A stretch of 42,374 nt of DNA from Bacteroidota bacterium. Lineage in GTDB: Bacteria > Bacteroidota > Bacteroidia > Bacteroidales > JAIPAH01. Shown here piece by piece: positions 36,092-42,374 of this stretch. The DNA is taken from assembly GCA_051747665.1 (NCBI GenBank), contig JBNJGK010000006.1, forward strand, positions 1-42,374, written 5' to 3'. A program made the translations under genes and the position numbers. Numbering within the stretch: the stretch's first letter is position 1; the number at the start of each line of letters is the position of its first letter. The notes beneath the pieces are model-generated. The model made no database searches and had not been told where the DNA came from. It worked only from the letters and a program-made list of their open reading frames with translations.

Positions 36092-37768
36092 ATGAGTCGT
36101 AAATTTTTACTAACTTCTTTCTGGCTGATTGCCGTATCATCGGTTTTTTCTCAACAACAAAATCTTATAAACACGTATATTGGCAATGGAGGCCAATTTG
36201 GGAATCCTGAAGAGAATGTAACGGTAGGTTATTTTAATCAGCAATCTTCAGCTTATCAAGTGTTTGACAGTATCGATACTCAATCGGTGCAGGATATTAT
36301 ACAGGATGAGGCTTATCTTTTTGTCAATGCACAGGATTCGCTTATAGCTTATGATAGGTATACGCATGAGCGCACTGCCGCAATCGCACAGGAAGGATTA
36401 AGCCGACTTGCCGTTTATGAGGATTATTTGCTGGTTTCGTTGCAATATCCAGTGACCTCTGAGAGCCTTTTAGTGTATGATAAGCATACACTCGAACTTG
36501 AAACAACAATACCACTTTCAGGTGAAGCAGCAGATATTATAGTGAGCTATGATTCAGCCTATGTTGCTATGCCTGGTTCCTGGGGAGCAGAAACCGGTAC
36601 AATGGCTGTGGTAAACCTGAGCGGGATGTCGCTTGCGCGGGAAATTGATCTTGGCAATGAAGCCCGCGGGATTAAAGAATTGTTTTTACGGAGTGCCAAA
36701 ATTTACAGCGTAAACACGCATTTCAACGACACAGAATCAAATACGTTTTCAGTAACCACGTATGATATTTTTTCAGGAACAGCCGAAACCGCAGTAGTTG
36801 AGGGAGATTATTATGGCTACTACGGTAATTCAGTGATGAGCGACAGCATGCTCTATGTGCCGGTATCATCTTCTGTTGCTTCTTATAATGTCTTTAGCCA
36901 GGATATTGACTTTAATTTCCTTGAAACGGTGCCTGCTGCTATGGCTTTTGATAAGCATGCGGGCCGGATTCATCTTACCCACAGCGATTATGCAACATAT
37001 GGTTATTATGAGATTTATAATCTTAATGGCGACCTGATGGAAGATGATATTGAAGTGGGCATTTCACCTGAAGCTTTAACGCTGGAGTTTGAGGTTGTCA
37101 ATGAATTCACTACGGATGATTTGGTGTTTTGGACAGGAGAAGGCGAAAATGAGGCTTTATTAGTAATTGACTGGAATGATGGAGTTGATCCGCAGTCTAT
37201 GGCATGGGGCTTTCGTTTTGATGGTACTGCCACGGCCGAAACGATGCTGGAGACAGTGGCAGAAGCAGATGCGCACCTTGAAATTTCATTAGCAGGGGGT
37301 TTTCTTAATGACATTATTTACGATTCACCGGAAACAAACCATGAGGGAATTGGCGGTCAGCCTGACTGGTGGAGTACCTGGAGCCGAACAGACACAACAC
37401 TGTGGGAAATGAATATGGGGATTTCTCAGGAGCTCAACGACGGAGACCGCTTTGGATGCTCTTATGGTTTCGAGCCAGAGGCAACACCTCCTGATGTGCC
37501 CGAAGCAGCGCCTTATCTGCCTACCAATATTGAAGCGGAAACAACACAGCAAAATCAGGTCTATCTGTCAGGAGAAAGTCTTGTAGTTAAAGCGAATCAT
37601 CCGGTTCAGCAAGTACAGGTTTTTGATGTCTCCGGCAGACTTGTAAGCCAAAAACAAAATCTGAATTCAACTTCTGCTTTGATTCAGGGTCTTTTGCCAG
37701 AGGGCAAGTTTATGATCGTTGTAGTAAAAACCACAGAAGATATGTTTTCAAAAAAGCTAATCAGATAA
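36092..37768 (+). CDS. T9SS-exported putative cobalamin-binding protein: YncE/BtuG-like beta-propeller + transcobalamin/DUF4430-like domain + T9SS CTD
   Basis: Sec signal without lipobox; propeller-like repeats (GNGGQFG...SPEALTL); FWTGEGENEALLVIDWND..MAWGFRF and WWSTW...MGI...LNDGDRFGCSY; CTD QVFDVSGRLV...KKLIR. Confidence 0.7.
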   Translation: MSRKFLLTSFWLIAVSSVFSQQQNLINTYIGNGGQFGNPEENVTVGYFNQQSSAYQVFDSIDTQSVQDIIQDEAYLFVNAQDSLIAYDRYTHERTAAIAQEGLSRLAVYEDYLLVSLQYPVTSESLLVYDKHTLELETTIPLSGEAADIIVSYDSAYVAMPGSWGAETGTMAVVNLSGMSLAREIDLGNEARGIKELFLRSAKIYSVNTHFNDTESNTFSVTTYDIFSGTAETAVVEGDYYGYYGNSVMSDSMLYVPVSSSVASYNVFSQDIDFNFLETVPAAMAFDKHAGRIHLTHSDYATYGYYEIYNLNGDLMEDDIEVGISPEALTLEFEVVNEFTTDDLVFWTGEGENEALLVIDWNDGVDPQSMAWGFRFDGTATAETMLETVAEADAHLEISLAGGFLNDIIYDSPETNHEGIGGQPDWWSTWSRTDTTLWEMNMGISQELNDGDRFGCSYGFEPEATPPDVPEAAPYLPTNIEAETTQQNQVYLSGESLVVKANHPVQQVQVFDVSGRLVSQKQNLNSTSALIQGLLPEGKFMIVVVKTTEDMFSKKLIR

Positions 37769-38727
37769 TGCGCATTATCACCGGACTACTCATACTGATT
37801 TCGTGGAATGCAGTTATCGCTCAGTATGCTCCGCCTGCGGGCCAGTCTGGTTCTAAGGCGGTAGCTGCCGACAGCAGTATCATTTCAGGCTGGGCAGATT
37901 CTGTTATAATTGAGCGAGGCCTTACTCATATTGCCGATTCTGCAAGCGAACCGGCTTCACACGGAGTTCCGCAATCGGCTTTGGAAGCCTCAGATATGCA
38001 AGCTGTAAGTCTTGGAGATGGCGGAAAGGCTACATACGTTTTTGATCCGCCTTTATCTGATTCAGAAGGGTATGATGTGGCGGTTTTTGAAAATAGTTTT
38101 TCTGATGAATTCCTGGAGCTGGCTTTTGTGGAGATTAGCTCTGACGGAGAGCAGTTTTTCCGGTTCCCATCGGTTTCGCTGACATCTGTTGATGACCAGG
38201 TGGGCGCATTTGGAACGCTCAATGCGGAGTTAATCCACAACCTGGCCGGAAAATACCGGGGAGGATTTGGTGTGCCTTTTGATTTTGAAGAGCTGGAGGG
38301 TGAGACTGGTCTGGATATTACAGCCGTAACACATGTCAGAATCGTGGATGTTGTGGGCAGTATCAATGAAGAGTATGCGGGTTATGACAGCCAGGGAAAC
38401 ATCATCAACGATCCGTTCCCAACTGCATTTGAAACCGGAGGCTTTGACCTGGATGCCCTTGCAGTGCTTGAGCCTACAGTTGGGATAAAGGAAAATATTG
38501 GCAAATCTGTTAAAGTGTATCCCAATCCGTTCAGCCATAAAATATATATTCAAGCTGATAAAAAATTGGTGTATGAACTTTTTGATATCAATGGAAATCG
38601 CCTTGAGAAAGGGAAATTGAATTCAGGGGTTACAATCCAGGAATGGAACCATCTGAAAAGCGGGATATATTTCATCAGGTTGATTTCAAATAATCAGGTA
38701 TATCAGCAAAAAGTGATAAAAAAATGA
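37768..38727 (+). CDS. T9SS-exported BtuH-like putative cobalamin-binding protein
   Basis: QYAPPAGQ, VSLGDGG, YDVAVFENSF, ELAFVEISSDG, FDLDAL; CTD KVYPNPF...FDINGN...LKSGIYFI...KVIKK; TAATG coupling to the upstream gene. Confidence 0.7.
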   Translation: MRIITGLLILISWNAVIAQYAPPAGQSGSKAVAADSSIISGWADSVIIERGLTHIADSASEPASHGVPQSALEASDMQAVSLGDGGKATYVFDPPLSDSEGYDVAVFENSFSDEFLELAFVEISSDGEQFFRFPSVSLTSVDDQVGAFGTLNAELIHNLAGKYRGGFGVPFDFEELEGETGLDITAVTHVRIVDVVGSINEEYAGYDSQGNIINDPFPTAFETGGFDLDALAVLEPTVGIKENIGKSVKVYPNPFSHKIYIQADKKLVYELFDINGNRLEKGKLNSGVTIQEWNHLKSGIYFIRLISNNQVYQQKVIKK

Positions 38728-40649
38728 TGCGTTGTAGTCTTTTAATCTTAACAGGAATTTTGAGTGTGTCGTTGCTTTTTGGACAAGGCAGCGATACGAT
38801 CAAGCTGACTCCTGTGACGATTCAGGCTAAACCTGTCTATTCGCTCAGCGGTTTTAAGCAGACCGATGCAGATACAGCGGCTTTGCGCTCGCTCGATTAT
38901 TCCTCGTTGGCGGACTTGTTATCGCGGCACACGCCGGTTTTTATAAAATCATACGGACAAGGCAACCTGGCTACAGCATCCTTTCGCGGCACATCGGCCT
39001 CGCACACCAAAGTTTTGTGGAACGGAATGGAAATCAATCATCCGATGCTTGGCCAAACTGATTTTTCGCAAATATCTCTGGCTGTGGCCGATAATATTTC
39101 TTTGGCTTATGGCAGCGCCGGAATAAGTCAGGGTAACGGTAGCCTGGGAGGAAGCATTTTGATAGAAAGCTCACCGGAGAATATTAAGGGCTTCAGCATG
39201 AATGCCCGGCAATCTGTAGCCAGTTTTCAGAACTACCGCTCTGAATTGGTTGTGAAAACCAAACACAAAAACCTGAAGAGCCGTACGGTTTTTTCTGCCC
39301 AAACAGCAGAAAATGATTTCCCGTTTAAAAACATCTATAAAGACCGGAACCAGCCTCCTGTTGAGCGAAGGAATCATGCCGGTTATGAGAATACCGCGTT
39401 ATTACAGGAGCTTTTCTACCAGGGCGCAAAAGGCGCTAAGCTTACGGGGCGCGTATGGTATCAAAATCATTACCGGGAAATTGCCCCGCCTTTGGGGGTT
39501 GAGCACGTCACTAGCGGTGAAGAGCAAAGCAGCGAGGCATGGCGTGCTATGGTTGACTGGAAAAAGAGGTTTGATCAGTTCGAAATATCCGCGAAAAGCG
39601 GTTATGTATTCGATCAACTGCAATACCGGAATCCGCTGGCTTCTGTAAATTCAAAAAACCGTGCATACCGCTTTATCCAACAGGGAAAAGTGAAAACAGA
39701 AATAGGCGAAGACTTTTCATGGAAGGGCTCTTTGAGCTATGAGCGTGTCGAAGTATCATCAAACAATTATGATATTTGGCCAACGCGTCAGGATTTCACA
39801 GCTTTTTCGGGACTTCACTGGCATCCGGATGATATTTTGGCTGTGCAGCTTATGCTGCGGCAGAAAAATGTGGATGGAACATGGATTCCGCTGATTCCTT
39901 CAGCAGGTTTTGAACTAAAGCCTTTTTCTGATCACCAATTACGCGTTACCGGAAACCTTTCACGCAATTACCGTCTTCCGTCTCTCAATGACTTATACTG
40001 GGAGCCGGGCGGAGACCCTCAGTTGAATCCTGAAAAAGGATTTTCGATGGAATCCGGGCTTCATTTCACAACGCAAAAAAGCAGGAAATGGCAAGCCAAC
40101 GTTTCGCTAACAGCCTATCGCAGCGATATCAGCAACTGGATATCATGGCAACCCGACAGCATCATGAGTTACTGGACACCCCAAAACATCTCACAGGTGT
40201 TATCGAAAGGTCTGGAGTTGAATTATGCTTTTCTCAAAACATTTAACGTTTTTAAAGCCGGTTTTGAGCAAACCTATGCCTTTACTTCAGCACAATATAC
40301 GGATAAAAAGTATGAAAATGATGCTGCGCTCAAAAAACAACTGGCCTATGTGCCACAGCATCAGGTGCAGAGCTCTTTGAAAATGCATTTCACTAATCTT
40401 TCTGTGCTCTTTTATCACAGATATACCGGAAAACGATATACAACGTCAGACAACACTTCATACATGCCCGGGTTTTCTGTTGTTGACCTGGCGGTCAGCA
40501 AAAAAATAAAGGTGAATAAAAAATGGCAAGGCAGCATCATGGCACGCGTTAACAACCTGACCGATAAAGACTATCAATTGGTAGCGTGGTATCCGATGCC
40601 GGGCAGAAATTTTCAGATTACAATGCAACTTAAATTTGACAAACCATGA
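38724..40649 (+). CDS. btuB: TonB-dependent cobalamin receptor
   Basis: FIKSYGQG.LATASFRGTSASHTKVLWNG plug, YRLPSLNDLYW.PGGDPQLNPEKG, YPMPGRNF; downstream of a B12 riboswitch and coupled to btuG. Confidence 0.88.
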   Translation: MMRCSLLILTGILSVSLLFGQGSDTIKLTPVTIQAKPVYSLSGFKQTDADTAALRSLDYSSLADLLSRHTPVFIKSYGQGNLATASFRGTSASHTKVLWNGMEINHPMLGQTDFSQISLAVADNISLAYGSAGISQGNGSLGGSILIESSPENIKGFSMNARQSVASFQNYRSELVVKTKHKNLKSRTVFSAQTAENDFPFKNIYKDRNQPPVERRNHAGYENTALLQELFYQGAKGAKLTGRVWYQNHYREIAPPLGVEHVTSGEEQSSEAWRAMVDWKKRFDQFEISAKSGYVFDQLQYRNPLASVNSKNRAYRFIQQGKVKTEIGEDFSWKGSLSYERVEVSSNNYDIWPTRQDFTAFSGLHWHPDDILAVQLMLRQKNVDGTWIPLIPSAGFELKPFSDHQLRVTGNLSRNYRLPSLNDLYWEPGGDPQLNPEKGFSMESGLHFTTQKSRKWQANVSLTAYRSDISNWISWQPDSIMSYWTPQNISQVLSKGLELNYAFLKTFNVFKAGFEQTYAFTSAQYTDKKYENDAALKKQLAYVPQHQVQSSLKMHFTNLSVLFYHRYTGKRYTTSDNTSYMPGFSVVDLAVSKKIKVNKKWQGSIMARVNNLTDKDYQLVAWYPMPGRNFQITMQLKFDKP

Positions 40650-41704
40650 AGCATGCGATAATATTTTTTGTGATGATTCTGATCTTTTCTTCATGTGAAG
40701 AGGATGAATTCGGTGAAGTGGTTCAGCAGGATGATTTTTTATTTAGCCAAAATGGCGTGTTTATCATCAATGAAGGAAACTTTTCGCATAGCAACGGCTC
40801 TGTTTCTTTTTACTCTTTTGATTCAGCCAAAGTGTATAATCATGCTTTTTTAAACCGCAATGAGAGACCACCCGGCGATGTGCCCAATCATATGGCCATA
40901 AAAGATACGCTGGCGTTGCTTACGGTGAATAACTCTGCTAAAGTGGAAATTGTCAGCGCACAAACACTTGCAGGCAAGGCATCCGTTTCTTTAGGAAGTT
41001 CACCACGCGAAGCGGTTTTTATTGATGATCAAACAGCAGTGATAAGCGATCTCTACAGCGATTCATTGACCTTAGTAGATATAGAAAGTCGCAGCGTTGC
41101 ACGAAAAATTGGAATCGGAAGATCATCAGAATCAATGGTGATGGCCTCGGGAAAGCTGTTTGTAGCGAATTGGTCGATGTTAAATCATCCCGGTAAGGAA
41201 AACAACCAAATTATGGTAGTTGATGTTGAAGCAGGTCAGGTTGTTGATTCTATTACAGTTACGAAAGAACCAAACAGCATGATTCGCGATAAACCGGGTA
41301 AACTGTGGGTGCTGAGCAGCGGTGGTTTCGAAAATGAAGAGTATCCTGCGCTTACGCGGATAAACCCGGAAAATAATGAAGTGGAAAAAGTTTTTTCCTT
41401 TCCTGATAAAGAAACAAACCCTGTAAACCTGACTGCCAATATTACAGGAGATACAGTCTACTGGCTGAATCGCGGAGTATATTCAATGGATATAACCGGA
41501 GAAACATTGCCTGAGCATCCGGATGTTGAAGAAGGAGACGGAAATTTTTATTCCCTGGCGATATCAGATCATCGAATTTTGGTTTCCGATGCAATAGATT
41601 TTCAGCAACGCGGCGAAATAAGCGTATACACAAAGAGTTTTGAGTTCGATACTGTTCACAGGGCAGGGATTATTCCGGGCTTTATGGTGCCGGTTAAACC
41701 TTAG
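40646..41704 (+). CDS. btuG: Surface-exposed beta-propeller B12-binding lipoprotein (BtuG / YncE family)
   Basis: Lipobox FSSC followed by acidic EEDEF (surface-export-type signal); GVFIINEGNF..SNGSVSFY, VNNSAKVE, SPRE, DAIDFQQRG, AGIIPG. Confidence 0.85.
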   Translation: MKHAIIFFVMILIFSSCEEDEFGEVVQQDDFLFSQNGVFIINEGNFSHSNGSVSFYSFDSAKVYNHAFLNRNERPPGDVPNHMAIKDTLALLTVNNSAKVEIVSAQTLAGKASVSLGSSPREAVFIDDQTAVISDLYSDSLTLVDIESRSVARKIGIGRSSESMVMASGKLFVANWSMLNHPGKENNQIMVVDVEAGQVVDSITVTKEPNSMIRDKPGKLWVLSSGGFENEEYPALTRINPENNEVEKVFSFPDKETNPVNLTANITGDTVYWLNRGVYSMDITGETLPEHPDVEEGDGNFYSLAISDHRILVSDAIDFQQRGEISVYTKSFEFDTVHRAGIIPGFMVPVKP

Positions 41705-41761
41705 GGCGTTATATTTGTTAACTCCCTCGTAAATCAGAAAACAATAAATAATTTTAATATC

Positions 41762-42184
41762 ATGGGAAAAACAACAAAAACTGGATTAGCCTGGAAAGGC
41801 GAAATGTCATTTGAAGCTGAAGTGAACGGTCATAATTTTATGATTGATGCCGATGAAGCCGTCGGCGGAAAAGATCGGGGACCGCGTCCCAAGCCTTTGC
41901 TGCTGGCTTCGCTGGCCGGATGTACAGCAATGGATGTCATTTCCATCCTGAAAAAGATGCGGGTTATACCCGATGAGTTTAACGTGGATGTAGAAGCCAA
42001 CAACACCGAAGAGCATCCCAAGCATTACGATGCCTTTACCATTTACTACAAGTTCAAAGGCAAAGACCTGCCCAAAGACAAAATCGAAAAAGCCGTAAGC
42101 CTTTCGCAGGAAAGATACTGCGGAGTGTCATACATGCTCGGAAAAGCCGCCGAACTGAAGCATGAAATCATTATTGAGGAATAA
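41762..42184 (+). CDS. OsmC-family protein
   Basis: GPRPKPLLLASLAGCTAMDV and SQERYCGV two-Cys pattern; own promoter element TATATTTG at 41710-41717. Confidence 0.9.
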   Translation: MGKTTKTGLAWKGEMSFEAEVNGHNFMIDADEAVGGKDRGPRPKPLLLASLAGCTAMDVISILKKMRVIPDEFNVDVEANNTEEHPKHYDAFTIYYKFKGKDLPKDKIEKAVSLSQERYCGVSYMLGKAAELKHEIIIEE

Positions 42185-42197
42185 GTGAATTCAGTTT

Positions 42198-42269
42198 GAT
42201 AAGTTCCTAAGTTGTTAGGTTTGTTGGTTGATAAGTTTGTAAGTTAACAGGTTTCTACGTTTTTAAGTT
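42198..42269. repeat. Degenerate 8-bp tandem repeat, 9 units (consensus nnTAAGTT)
   Basis: GATAAGTT CCTAAGTT GTTAGGTT TGTTGGTT GATAAGTT TGTAAGTT AACAGGTT TCTACGTT TTTAAGTT; invariant GTT every 8 nt. Confidence 0.75.
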
Positions 42270-42374
42270 AATGTATTAAAAATCTCTATAGAAGCATAAG
42301 AGCTTAACATTCTTTAAGTATCGATAAGTAAACTACATGAACAGCTCATTTATTAAAATAGTGAGTCCAACTTA

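Overview
Gene-dense chromosomal window from a Bacteroidota (Bacteroidales/Marinilabiliales-like) genome, judged from repeated TAnnTTTG -7 promoter elements, A-rich translation starts without Shine-Dalgarno motifs, T9SS C-terminal sorting domains, and DUF3857 and BtuG-type genes. I found no rRNA, tRNA, CRISPR array, transposase or integrase. Housekeeping content includes pncAB, a pseudouridine synthase, msrA, DUF1573-yajC-ybbR-coaE, an M1 peptidase, a beta-carbonic anhydrase, an RRM protein and OsmC. Four modules stand out. (1) A cobalamin-riboswitch-controlled B12 uptake operon in which btuB-btuG is preceded by two T9SS-exported, non-lipoprotein putative B12-binding proteins. (2) A tightly packed five-gene envelope operon around a DUF6175-like gene, with LPP20/FlgP-, CsgG/FlgO- and FlgT-like features, which may encode an undescribed outer-membrane complex. 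(3) A TonB receptor, PQQ-dependent dehydrogenase and cytochrome c cluster that suggests PQQ scavenging. (4) An orphan Dam-type methylase convergent with an uncharacterised protein, next to a four-copy REP-like inverted repeat cluster. All family calls come from motif recognition by eye; no database searches were run.
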